DNA of 20,876 nucleotides, filler included, from Parasitella parasitica NRRL 2501 (lineage: Eukaryota > Fungi > Mucoromycota): NCBI GenBank assembly GCA_025201805.1. It is 3 parts of 3 records of this genome, joined end to end, with 100 filler letters (N's around TTAATTAATTAA, not from the genome) between each part and the next. Parts side by side here need not be neighbours in the genome. Positions count along the whole stretch, not along the records: positions 2,517 to 16,243 come from MU619478.1; positions 16,344 to 20,876 come from MU619531.1; 1 more part is not named here. One strand, 5' to 3'. The stretch's first letter is position 1. Every line of letters starts with the position of its first letter. Made by a program: the position numbers and the translations under genes. Below, in pieces: positions 10,270 through 20,876 of the stretch. The notes under the pieces were generated by a model. It saw only the letters and a program-made list of their open reading frames with translations, did not search any database and had not been told where the DNA came from.

Positions 10270-12192
10270 ATGTGCGTACAAAGCAACAAATTCTTTTCGT
10301 CTCAATGTTTTGCTCTTTATTCCTTTATTTACGAAATTGCAATGATATTTGATTGTTTCGCTATCTTTTTCCTTTGGTCATTATTTACAAAAGCACTTCC
10401 TTCGCTCCCTCCGCTTCCATCAGAATACAGTGGTGGTCTTTACACCATTGTTTTGAACATTAACCTCTGGGCTTTTGTGATGAGCGTACTCTTCCGAGGC
10501 TTTCCTGAAAGCACTGGTTTTGTGCTCTATCAGGTATGCATTTTCTCTCGTTGCGCTGTTTTCCGTGCATGGCGCTGGATCCTTCTTCCTTGTCTCCGCA
10601 AGTTTATTTCCGGTTTTCTGTCTTCTGCGTGCTGCTCTGGCTCCATAACTGGGTATCCAGACCGTAGCTCAACTGTTGTTGTGTTGCGTCCTCTTTCTTT
10701 ACGGCTTTTGGATGCCATATTGCCAGTTGTTTGCCGCCTCGTTTCTGCTGTAGGCAGGAACGCAAGCAGAGGCGTAAAGACTGTGATTTCGTTGCTGTTT
10801 CGTTTCGGTTTTTCCGCTTGTGGTGGTGTCTCTGCTGCCTTGTTGCCAGTTGCTTGCCGTCTTGTTTCTGCTGTAGGCAGAAACACAGGCACAGGCTTTA
10901 GGTTTGGGGTTTCTGTGGTGTCTGGTGTTGGTGTTGATGTTGGTGTTGTTCACAGTGGCGTAACCATATTGCCACCTGTGGATGTTTGGATTGAATATCC
11001 CGGTGACGTGCTGGAGCGTCCTGACTCTCCCTTTCCGTTTGATGAGTCTCCGTTGCCTCATGCGTATCGATTGTCTCTGGATGTTTTGCCGCCTCTTGCT
11101 TCTCCGTTGCCTCGTGCAGCTATGTCTCCTTTCGCCGGTGTGCCACCTTACGTTGTTTTGACACGTCCTGCTATGATGTCTCCTTTTGTCCGTGTGCCTT
11201 CTGCTGTGATGTCGCCACCTACTGTCATGTCTCCCTTTGTCGCTCCGTTTCCTTTTGGTGTCAGGTTACCTCCAACTGTTATGTGCGATCCTGTTGTTGT
11301 GTCTGATGTGTTTTTCCCTGGTGGCATGTTTGCATTTCCTTGTTCTTTCGTCTCTGATGCTGGCAAAGGCGTAAAGTTTATGCTTTCTGGAGTACGTCGA
11401 TCTCTTCGTCGTGTTGATTGCGGTGGTGGCAGTGCTCTTTCTGTGTCTGGTTTTCCCAGAGCTGCGAAGGTTTTGAAGAAGCCTTCGCCAAGCAAGCTTC
11501 GTCGTCTTGCTCGTGCCGCCTGCGCTGCAGGTGTTGTGAAGCCTGGTCTCTTTCGTTGGCCTGCTCCGCCTCCCGGTTCTTCTGCTCTTTTCGGTGTTTC
11601 TGTTGCTTTTGTCTTCGTTGGTACTCTTTCTCGCGGCCCTACACGTGCTGTGGAGCGTACATTTACTGTACCTCGCATGCCAGCTCCCAGCCGTGTAGTA
11701 AAAACAACTCGGGACATTGCTGTAGCCCGTCGCCTCCGTCTTATTGCGCGCAAGCTTGTGGCAAGGCTAAAAGCAGCTCGCATTGTGGCTCCTGCCAGGG
11801 GTAATTGCTGGGTTTCTCCTGCTGGCGCCCCGCGTCCATATGTTTCCGTCCGCCCTGTGGCTCTGCCTTCTTCTGAGCTTGTCTCTCGCCCAGTGATTGT
11901 GCCTCGCCCTGCAGTTGTTCCTTGGCTTCCTGCTCGTGCTCCTTGTCCTGTTGCTGTCGGTTCTCGGGTGATAGAGGTTTCTCGTCCTCCTCTTGCTGCT
12001 GCTTCGCGGCCAATTTCGGTAGCTCACTCACGTCGTCGGCCGATAGATGTCTCTCGTCTTCCTGCGGCAGCTGCTTCGCGGCCGATAGCTGCAGATCACT
12101 CGAGCCATCGGCCGACAGATGTTTCTCGTCCTTCTCTTGCTGCTGCTTTGCGGCCAATGGCTGTGCCCCACTCGTGGCGCAAGGCCCAGTAA
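10270..12192 (+). CDS. 640-aa low-complexity orphan protein, copy 2 (mirror of 6568..8490)
   Basis: Identical translation to copy 1; TAG followed by a T-rich tract and AATAAA at ~12215. Confidence 0.55.
   Translation: MCVQSNKFFSSQCFALYSFIYEIAMIFDCFAIFFLWSLFTKALPSLPPLPSEYSGGLYTIVLNINLWAFVMSVLFRGFPESTGFVLYQVCIFSRCAVFRAWRWILLPCLRKFISGFLSSACCSGSITGYPDRSSTVVVLRPLSLRLLDAILPVVCRLVSAVGRNASRGVKTVISLLFRFGFSACGGVSAALLPVACRLVSAVGRNTGTGFRFGVSVVSGVGVDVGVVHSGVTILPPVDVWIEYPGDVLERPDSPFPFDESPLPHAYRLSLDVLPPLASPLPRAAMSPFAGVPPYVVLTRPAMMSPFVRVPSAVMSPPTVMSPFVAPFPFGVRLPPTVMCDPVVVSDVFFPGGMFAFPCSFVSDAGKGVKFMLSGVRRSLRRVDCGGGSALSVSGFPRAAKVLKKPSPSKLRRLARAACAAGVVKPGLFRWPAPPPGSSALFGVSVAFVFVGTLSRGPTRAVERTFTVPRMPAPSRVVKTTRDIAVARRLRLIARKLVARLKAARIVAPARGNCWVSPAGAPRPYVSVRPVALPSSELVSRPVIVPRPAVVPWLPARAPCPVAVGSRVIEVSRPPLAAASRPISVAHSRRRPIDVSRLPAAAASRPIAADHSSHRPTDVSRPSLAAALRPMAVPHSWRKAQ
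11977..12160 (+). repeat. Three imperfect 72-bp (24-aa) tandem repeats in the ORF C-terminus (mirror at ~6600-6783)
   Basis: VSRPPLAAASRPI / VSRLPAAAASRPI / VSRPSLAAALRPM begin at 11977, 12049 and 12121. Confidence 0.85.
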
Positions 12193-13219
12193 ATTTTTTT
12201 TTTATATGTTTTTTAATAAAACCTGTTTAAATTATTTTTTACCTACTTCATGAATAATAAGAATTTTTTTTGTAAGCTGCTATATGATGAATATGGTGCA
12301 GAGTCATTGTACATGAGACTAATTCGTAGAAAGCATTTTAATCGAGCAGAACTTTCGCGGATAGATTGGGCAGTAAGGCGAAAGCTTTGTATCTGGAAAA
12401 CACTAGATTTTGGTCAAAGTCTTTTCTATTTTCTTTCTTCTTCCAGCACTAGCTGCCAAACTCCCTTCGCTCCTTATTCGGCGCCGTCATACTGCCGCAG
12501 GTATTGCTGGTGCAAAGTATCTAAATATTGAATCAAAAGCTTTTTTGATAGAAAATGATAAAAAAAAGGCGACATAAATGTGTAAAAATTTAAATTTTTC
12601 ATTCATTTTATCTTATACTCATCAAATTGAATTGCATATTACAACACTTCATTTCATAAGCTATTGAAAATTGCAAGTGCTTCATATTTACTGTAGGTAG
12701 CTTTGAGTTTACCGTGTAACGCTAACTTTTAGAAGTAAATATAGTGCCACATATTTCTTTGCAAGTCAAGGTTATTGATTATCAAGAACAAATTAATCAT
12801 GTAAGTATATGCATACTGCGATTAACCATCACAAATCAGATTTCGAATGCGACAACGGTAACGTTTTGTTTTGCAGGGTTATGAATTTGCTTTTACAAAT
12901 GGCAATGAATTCATGTATATGTGTTATCCCACTTTATACACAAAATAAAGTCTGTTCCAGATCTTTATTGGGGCGGCAGCTGCACCAACGAATAGACTTA
13001 TGAGCAATGAACTTAGTCTCAGTTATTAATCATAAGTGGTACGACGACCGTTATCCATTTACACTTATACTGTATATATTAAGAATTTAATATGAAAAAA
13101 TTTGATGTACAATAATATTATTACATTTTTATTTTCTTAGAGGGTGGTTACATCATAGTTTAGTGGAGGCCATGTAAAGATACAAGGAGACTTGCTTATA
13201 CTAAGATTTTAATAGATAG

Positions 13220-15555
13220 GTAGAGGCTATACAAAGTGCTAAGCAACGATACGACTTATTGTTAATTTAGCAGAGATACAAGATTGGATAAGAAGTTCAT
13301 GATAGACGACGTTGTCGACCATATTCATCATTGTTTTTCTCATTAAGCAATACCGTTTTTTTTTCTAGCGTCAGTAGGCCTGAAAAACGCCACATACAAA
13401 TGTCCGTGCGCAAACACAAGTTTGCGATGATCTATGTCTAATTTTTTTAAAAATTGACCCTACGCATTTTTTACAGTCATAAAAAAGCAAAGTTTGATTG
13501 CCTTCTTTAAATGTCTAGGCATAAAAACTATATAACGTCTACATGGAGACTCTTGGTATAAGATGGCACCTTGAGACATCACTCATGTTGGGCTTTGTTC
13601 CATTAAAGAGTCTGTCTTCTGGGTTTAAGTATCTTAGGAGAACGATAAAGGTACACAATTTCATTTCAAGAGTGACAGTAGAAACATTGCTTGCAGAGTT
13701 TAAAGAATTTAAAACCACTTCGGAAGTAGAAAAGCCATTTGCATTGTGCATACCAGTATCACCAGATTTTTTAACATCAGCACTGTTTACAGCAAGCAAT
13801 ATGACCGTTTCACCAGGAAAGCGCTTTAGAACCTTTTGACTGGTTTGAGCAACTGTACTGTTTAATGCTGTCAAGATAACACACTTGAAAAAAAAAAACA
13901 TCTAAATGAGAAATGGGGCTTTGCAAAGCTTTTTGTGGATGCACTCTGTTGACAAAAAGTTGCAAGCTCTTTTTCTTGTAGATTTATTCAGCGATAGGAG
14001 CTCTTCTGCTCTGACTATAGCGGTTGTATGACCGTTGTTCTATCCAGATTTTGAACAATTTGCTTTTTGAAAGGAACTTATCACTCTCATATTGACGTTA
14101 CTTGAGGATTTGCAAATGCCGCCACAGATAGGATTGCTTAATGGACGGATTAACGTTAGCTTGCCTTGAACCATTGGCAGAAACTAGTGGTATTTGAGCA
14201 GAATCACCTCCAAGAATAACTGGAGATCTGCTAAAAAGTTCTTAATCATCGCCACCAAGGTCTCGTAACGAACAATCAATGGTTTCAAAGTACTTTCTAC
14301 GTTGAAGAAAAACCTCTTTCCAAACAATAAAGTCAATCCTGTGCAGGAAATCAGCAATGTCGTCTTGCATTGGGAAAGAGCACATCGAGTTGGAGAACAG
14401 CAACAAAGTAGCGCTTTTAAATTAATAAAAAGTGAGAGATACGGTTATATGGCAACAAAAAAGCAGCAGTTCCGGTAGATGCTATAAATGCGCCAATATT
14501 GCGATTATTTCTCCAGTAGCTGCAATGAGCGTTGTATAGAAAAGTTTTGTCGGCTTGTCTAGGTCCTTGAAGAAAAAAATAGAGCTTGGCCATTGCTTAA
14601 CGAGATATCGGCAGAAGAACTAAAAGGAACTCCCACTGTCTTTGTTATTTCAAGAAAAGCATTTGATCCAGTCGCAACTGTCCTGTATCAAATCCGGTGC
14701 CATATATGCTTCCTTGAATGGTCGGTACCCAATGCCATCAACAGTTCTCAAGTACTCAAATAAAGTGGCATCTTCGGCGATCGTCAAAAGCAGGCGCAAA
14801 TAAAACTTTTCGCTCATTGTAGGGACACAATATTGCATCCTTCCATTCGGAAAGCCTCTAAATTGCTGATTTCATTCATGTAATTACCATTCGTAAACGC
14901 AATATTATGCTAAGAATTTTTGGTAATTGCAATGCCTAAAAGTCAACAAATGAGTTTTTATATTTAAACCAAGCCATAAGCATACTTGTGCTTAGTGAGA
15001 GTTATATGAATAACGATTATTTCCAAAGACAATTGAATAAAGAGACTACAAGTGATTATATCACGGAGAACGTAGGGTCTTTATTAAAGATTGAAAGGAA
15101 GCCAGGATTGCGCTGGTCCTGGTTTCTAAAAGTCTTTATACAATTCTATTTGAATGTCAGTGTCAATATTGGAATCGATATGAGATTCAACCTTCAATTA
15201 ATAGGCGCAAACCGACACTTCGTCTCATTTCATCCGGTATTTCAGCACCAGTATCGCCATCTTCGAAAGAAACTGTATGCTCATTTCGTAGGTGGACAAA
15301 ACGCATGCTATAAGTGGGGTATTCTTATGAGTGGGAAGCTCAAGCAGTATCCAGGCGGCTTCAGTGGAGACAATGCACTTACCTTGGATGTAGTTAAAAA
15401 TTTCAATAGAGTCAGAGGAGCCAGAATAAAGAAAGATCAATATGTGGCAATAATCAAACCATTGCAGAAGCCAAATATATTTGTGGTCTTGGTGCCACGA
15501 AGCATTTTTTTCAATATAGCACTAAAATTCTAGAAATTAGATTGGCCCTGTCTTT
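13220..15555 (-). pseudogene. Decayed Helitron Rep-helicase remnant, mirror copy
   Basis: Reverse complement of 3205-5540. Confidence 0.85.
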
Positions 15556-16243
15556 CGCGAAGGCTAAAGTATAGAGATACTGTGTATCTGTGGTTCCAAA
15601 AACCAGTTGCATGTGTATCGTCTAGTTTTATGTTTCTTTATTTTTGGGGTTTCAAAGAGCAAAAGATTGCTTAAAGAGTAAATGCATGCCTCAAGAAGAC
15701 TTTTTACAGCCAGAAGGACTCCAGCTTGTTTATTTTTGAGATCTTTTGGTAAAACAATTATAAAGTTAGAGATAATGTGAAAAAAAAAATTTTTTTTTAT
15801 TGAAAAATAGAAGACAGTGCTATTTAGCTTCGTATATACCACTTTAACAAGTATACATACTACTAGACAAGATCCACCACGAGAAGGTAAACACTTTTGG
15901 ATCTCAATCATCATTATCAATAATGATAAAGTAGTTCGCATCTACCATTAAAGATTCAGACATAAAGATGTATTGATATATTGTAGATAAACCAAGAGTT
16001 TATGATACAGAAAATCAATTTCTGGCGAAACCTTGCTTTTGATCAATCCTCACACATCGAAAATGCCACCGCTTGACATGCGACCTTTTCTTTCAGAATC
16101 GCTCGAAGGCGTTGTATATCACCAGATTTAAGCTTGTTATATGTGAGGATATGACTGGCTTTAAGGTGAGTATAAGCAGAGGTGATTAAAAAAGAAATGA
16201 GGTAATAACGTAGAAAGTAAAAAAAAAAAAGGAAAGAAAAAAG

Positions 16244-16343
16244 NNNNNNNNNNNNNNNNNNNNNNNNNNNNNNNNNNNNNNNNNNNNTTAATTAATTAAN
16301 NNNNNNNNNNNNNNNNNNNNNNNNNNNNNNNNNNNNNNNNNNN
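16244..16343. other. Artificial contig linker (44 N + TTAATTAATTAA + 44 N)
   Basis: Same 100-nt structure as 2417-2516. Confidence 0.97.
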
Positions 16344-18149
16344 CAAGTGTCATAGTGGGTTTTTGAGAAACAGGGGAACAAAGTTTAGCGTAAAAAGACA
16401 AAATTGGCCCAAGCCTGTCGAATTCGAGCTTAAACACAACAGGGTTAATACCAGTAGGTGTACCAAAACGCGCTTTATTACTTTACTTAGAAACTTGAAC
16501 ATGGTTTAGTTGCAAAATAGGGTACTTGTTATAGGAGAATATGCTGTAAAATTTGGAAAATCTGCAAAATTTGGTTTTGGGAATATCTTAACAGCAAAGA
16601 TAGATATCGAGAATCAGAAGACGTGGTTATGTACAGTTATCACACTAGTATTAGCCTGTATACTTGGTTTGGACCTCAATTCCGTACCTAAAAATGACCC
16701 TGAAGATCGACCCAAAGTTGAAAACTGAAAGTTGAATATGAGGTTTGGGGTCCAAACATAGCAAAATTTGAGAAATGACCAGACGTGCGTAAAACTCGGA
16801 TATGTTGTAAAACGCTGCAAAAAAAGAAGTTTTTGGCTGAAGTTTGTGTCTCTATCGCTTAATAGTTTATGAAGATATTAGAGATTGTAGATTATGCTTT
16901 TAAGCGGGGAAAAAGATGATTGTCATGATTAGGTGGCATTTATTTTAACCAAAACATATAATTACATTTTAATAGCTTTTCAGGTCATATTTTTCAGCGT
17001 CTTGGCTATTGATTCATATCAAGACATAGCTAGATTTTTTATGGAGATTATGCTTTGCTTCTCAATTGAAATAGGTTCCTCACTGCTAAAGAGCCGTATT
17101 CGCAGTGGTAAATTCAAGCTCAGATATATGTTGCCATTGAAACTTGCGCACATCCCATTTTTTTTTGCCTTATATCATCTCCAAAATTAATTAGTATAAC
17201 TGTTGCATATGTTTCCCAAATGTTTTCTGTCAGTCTTTGCATTCTACATCAAATCATATAGGTTATTGGGCTTTAAAAACACTTTTTTTTAGCGTTTTAC
17301 ACAGACAAAATTATACAAGTAATTTCCAAATCTTACCCTAAAACATTGTCTTTATATGTTTTTTTTTATCTCTCAGCAAGAGTAACTGTATTATGGTTAA
17401 GCACATACACAATAGACGGAACCAAACAATATCCATAACATTTATACTACTTCCTACACATCAATATTTTGATCACATACATTCCCGTAGTCCTTAAGAA
17501 TTGTTTTGATATGAATTGCAGTAAATTTGAAAGATTTACGAAATAAAAAAAATATAAAAAATAAAAGCGATATGAAATTAAAATTATAATCAAGTTTGGG
17601 GTTCTTTATTATAAAAGTATACTGAGGTTTTATCTAGAGAAAAGCATATTAGTATTTATAGGATTTAAATTGTTGTATATCAGTTCCCATGGATGAAGCA
17701 TTGATCCGAGAGTCATTGCGTTAATTTGTCGTTGTTTAATTTTTAGGTTTTCAGGAGAAGCAAATTATGCTGAATGCTTTCACCATTGATGGAGATTTGC
17801 GTAACATTAGTTGGCCGTGTTAGGACGGCTATCGTCATACTTTAGTTATTGTGTTAAAGATATGCTTATCTAGAATGATGGGAAAAACTCATTGAATGAC
17901 GAGCTGCCATAATTGATATCTTTGCCATTATTATTCTTATTCTGAATGTTTATTATGTAAGGGAAAGCACTTTGATCAAGAGTGTTTTCCTTCACACGAC
18001 ATTCATTGATAAGGTCTTAAATTATATTTGTACCTCGATTTGATTTATATGACTTTATATGTTCTGCGAACTCGAATGGCATGAATTAACTATGTGTGAT
18101 ATTTGAGTCTTATTTTTTCAGTTATGCGCTTTTAGTTATACCATTCCAT

Positions 18150-18812
18150 TGCAACTTGAATCGTTTTTCAAGATCCTGTGTGGAAGCAGGCTACAATTCT
18201 AACGACACGTCTATTGCAGACGCATTTCTCAACGGCTTTCCAACTGACTGGCAAATCCAAATTACTGCTTTGCTGTGCAACACTTTCCCTGGTCAAGATT
18301 CTTGGACTACAAGCCAAGTTGCTGGTGCTGCCTCAAACATTTTGGGTAATGTCAAACGCCCTATTACTATTGTTGGTCGTGCTGGATCAAATGGCTCTGG
18401 CAATGTTAAAGGTGGCTTTTCAAGTGGTAAACTTGGTGGCCAAAGCTATCATGCAAAAACCAATGGCCTCAATCAAAGTTCTGAAAATACCTTTTCCCGT
18501 GATAAGGAAGGGGGAAAAAGGAATATTCCGTCCAGTGCAACAAAATCCACATTTTGTGTATATTGTGGAAAGCGCTGGATGGCCGGTCACTCGTGTCCAG
18601 AGTACTATGCTTCTAAAAAGGCTAATGGAGGCCAAAAGGCAATGATGCACGTCCTAAGCATTAAGAAAGTCAAGCATAATAAGAAAAAGAGGCACCAACA
18701 CTACCACTCCAAGAGAGACAACAATGTCAGGAAAGACAATAATGATAGAAAAGACAGCAGTGGACATGATGAAGAAACCAATTCGTTGTCAAGTTTACGA
18801 AAATCAAAATGA
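18150..18812 (+). pseudogene. gag C-terminal fragment
   Basis: RFSRSCVEAGY..IADAFLNGFPTDWQ (capsid C-terminal-like) and the CVYCGKRWMAGHSC knuckle typical of gypsy Gag. The N-terminal ~18 codons of the track ORF look non-homologous. Confidence 0.75.
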
Positions 18813-20070
18813 TTGTAAGTCTGAAAACAAAGATCAATCATTCAATTTAATAACACCTCTAGTTATCAATGCTATTAGGATAATCAGAAAGCTCGATCCT
18901 GGTAGTGATATTAGTATTATCAATAAGTCTGTGTTGAATAAAGATTTTTCAAAAAACATAAAAAATATTAGGTCTACGGGTGGCTACCTTATGTTTCTTG
19001 GCAATGATAAAAATGGCCAACCAAATAGCATTAAATGCATTGGTACAACTGAACCCATCACGGCTACATATATATTTTTTTTTAAATTGTGTTTATTGAT
19101 TGAGCCGCTTATTATAGGATATGAGTTCCTATCGAAGAGGCGGGTGCAATGCAGATAAATATAATGTTATAGATATAAATAATAATGATAAGAACAATAA
19201 AGAAGTTAGTGAGATAAGAAAAAAAAACTATTTTAAAAACAAGAAAACTAAAATGGCAATGCTAGCTACAGAATTGTATGGCATTGATCTTCCCCAATGG
19301 CCTGTTGGACAGAGGATTGGATACTAGCCAGAATTGTTGTAGGTACCATTGGCGTTTTAATAAAGATAAATCGCATATGAGCGAGCCAGAGTTAAGATAA
19401 AGAGATGAGGAGGATTTTGTATGCTTTGATACCGGTAAGTTGGCAATATACCAAATATCGGTAAAATCTAGGGACAAAAGAGCCTCTTTGATGTCGCTGA
19501 TAGTCGTAGTGGGCCACAGAAATTCAAAAATTACACCTTGCCAAACTTTTTCGTTGGTTGGACAGTGGAAAAAAAGATTTTGGGTTGAATCATTGACAGT
19601 AAGGCAGATTGGACAACGAGGAGAATCAAAAACTGCAGGCATAATGGAGTGCAAAAAACTGCGGTTTGGGATACTCCCAGCGATTAAGCAGTAAAAAATT
19701 ACATTTCTTTGAACTTTTGTAAGCGATAAAGACCAAAAAACTTTCCAGCGCAACGAACAGATATTCCGTAGCGCTAAAGGAGGAGTTACTGACGCTAGAA
19801 CAGACAACCGAAATGTTTTTGCAGAAGTTTTGGCATTACTGAATGATTGTCCGTCATGAAGTTTAAATTCGTTGGCAAAAGGAGCAAATGATACGGCCAA
19901 ATCTTCTAAAGGAGCAGGACTGACGGTTACATATATAAATGGTATATAATTTGAACATGCATTTGAAATCATCGAATTCAATGATACAATGGCAGAAGAA
20001 TTTGATATACTCTTGGGAGTTGACATCCTGCCTAAGCTTCGTATTTATTTAATTGGTGTCGCTCATTGCT
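18813..20070 (+). pseudogene. Retroviral-type aspartic protease split by LINE insertion (18813-19074 + 19938-20070)
   Basis: LDPGSDISII (DTG-like motif) lies before the insertion and FDILLGVDILPKL after it. Removing the insert and one TSD rejoins the frame (EPITATYI|NGI*FEHAFEII), leaving one stop at 19947. Confidence 0.8.
19075..19922 (-). mobile_element. 5'-truncated non-LTR retrotransposon (L1/Tx1-like LINE 3' end with zf-RVT), antisense insertion
   Basis: Minus strand: WKVFWSLSLT..QRNV..LI.GSIP..CPIC..DSTQNLFFHCP..KVWQ; true C-terminus after a frameshift, ...LWLAHMRFIF...CHTIL* at 19266; AATAAA at 19097-19092; A9 tail at 19083-19075. TSD acggctacatatata (19060-74) / acggttacatatata (19923-37). 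Confidence 0.92.
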
Positions 20071-20187
20071 GGGCTGATAATCGAGATAAAGAAAAGAGCA
20101 ACTCAAAAATATCAACTACGATGATGACAAGGCTTACAATCCTGAGGATGCAAATTATTGATCCCCAAAAGAGAGAGAGAGATCCTT

Positions 20188-20876
20188 ATGAAGCAAATTG
20201 AGGAAGCTCTGGAGGCGAACAAAAGTATACCTCCTGATGCCGTTTGTACTATGCCTGAAAGTGTGGTACACATTCCTATCTCATATCCCAAGGACTGCTA
20301 TGCAAGACAATATCCTCTTGCTATTAATGCACACAAAGAGATTGAAAAGCAAATCAAAGAATGGCTTGAATGCATAATCGTGGAAAGATGCAAACCTTCA
20401 TCTGTATTTTATTCTCCCTTTTTGGCTGTATTAGCAAAGAAGGATGAAAATAACAATGTTCCCAAGTTGCGAATCTGTTGCGATTTGCGCAAAATCAATG
20501 CTGCAATCGACAAAGATTATCATGAAAACCTCGCCATTCCAAAAGTTCAAGATATATTTGAAAGAGTCTCTTCTAGCGCTCGTATAATAAGTAAGATCGA
20601 TCTGCACCAGGTATACCATGCGTACGAAGTGCACATTGATTCACGTAATGCTTTAATATTTAGCCATAATAGACTTTTTTACGATTGGTGTCGTGCCCCA
20701 TTCGGATTGTCCTTTATGTCTTCAAAATTCGTCAAATGTATGTCTATTTTGCTCGAAGGCATTCGTCTTGAATTGCAACACAAAATGGAAAAGCTTGGAA
20801 AATTTCGCATCATGGACTCGTCACAAAAAGCTGGCAAGAGTCAACGTACCGTGTATGGAAGTGTCGAGTACTATTT
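20188..20876 (+). pseudogene. Ty3/gypsy reverse transcriptase, N-terminal part (frame open to window end)
   Basis: RQYPL..IEKQIKEWLE..SPFLAV.AKKD..LRICCDLRKINA..IPKVQDIFE..SKIDLHQVYH..WCRAPFGL..VEYY. Upstream frameshifts and a stop at ~20090-20185. Absent from the ORF track because it has no stop in the window. Confidence 0.9.

Larger units (their letters stand above)
10026..16243 (-). repeat. Right arm (6218 bp) of giant inverted repeat
   Basis: Reverse complement of 2517-8734; no differences seen in ORF translations or in spot checks. Confidence 0.97.
18150..20876 (+). mobile_element. Decayed Ty3/gypsy LTR retrotransposon internal region (gag-protease-RT), 5'-truncated, continues beyond window
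   Basis: Domain order is gag knuckle, aspartic protease, RT, with no integrase between PR and RT. Contains frameshifts, stops and a nested LINE. No LTR recognised. Confidence 0.88.

Noticed and set aside
17806-17833. Small hairpin gccgt-N6-acggc as a minus-strand Helitron end
   Set aside because: Only a 5-6 bp stem with no proper CTRR and no associated Helitron sequence; likely chance.
19923-20026. N-terminus of the 254-aa minus ORF as part of the LINE protein
   Set aside because: It lies outside the TSD and is antisense gypsy protease sequence fortuitously in frame.

Overview
Eukaryotic, AT-rich, transposon-dense sequence. Short GT-AG introns and the TE repertoire suggest a Mucorales-like fungus (inference). 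Three contigs are joined by artificial 100-nt N/TTAATTAATTAA linkers (2417-2516, 16244-16343), so they may not be adjacent in the genome. Contig 1 (1-2416) is almost filled by an apparently intact 6-exon minus-strand gene (~534 aa: two C2H2 zinc fingers, a Ser/Thr linker and a PD-(D/E)XK/REase-like domain). The gene is bracketed by inverted arrays of a 54-bp hairpin-forming repeat, making this a candidate new non-DDE transposon-like unit and the most interesting feature. Contig 2 (2517-16243) is a 13.7-kb palindrome: apparently identical 6218-bp arms flank a 1291-bp spacer, and the centre is a frameshifted Tc1-type (DD35E) element whose 38-bp TIRs form the inner arm ends. Each arm holds a decayed Helitron and a 640-aa low-complexity orphan ORF. 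The palindrome is either a TIR-seeded inverted duplication or an assembly/amplification artefact. Contig 3 (16344-20876) has ~1.8 kb of unexplained AT-rich DNA, then a decayed Ty3/gypsy gag-protease-RT whose protease is interrupted by an antisense 5'-truncated LINE with poly(A) and a 15-bp TSD.
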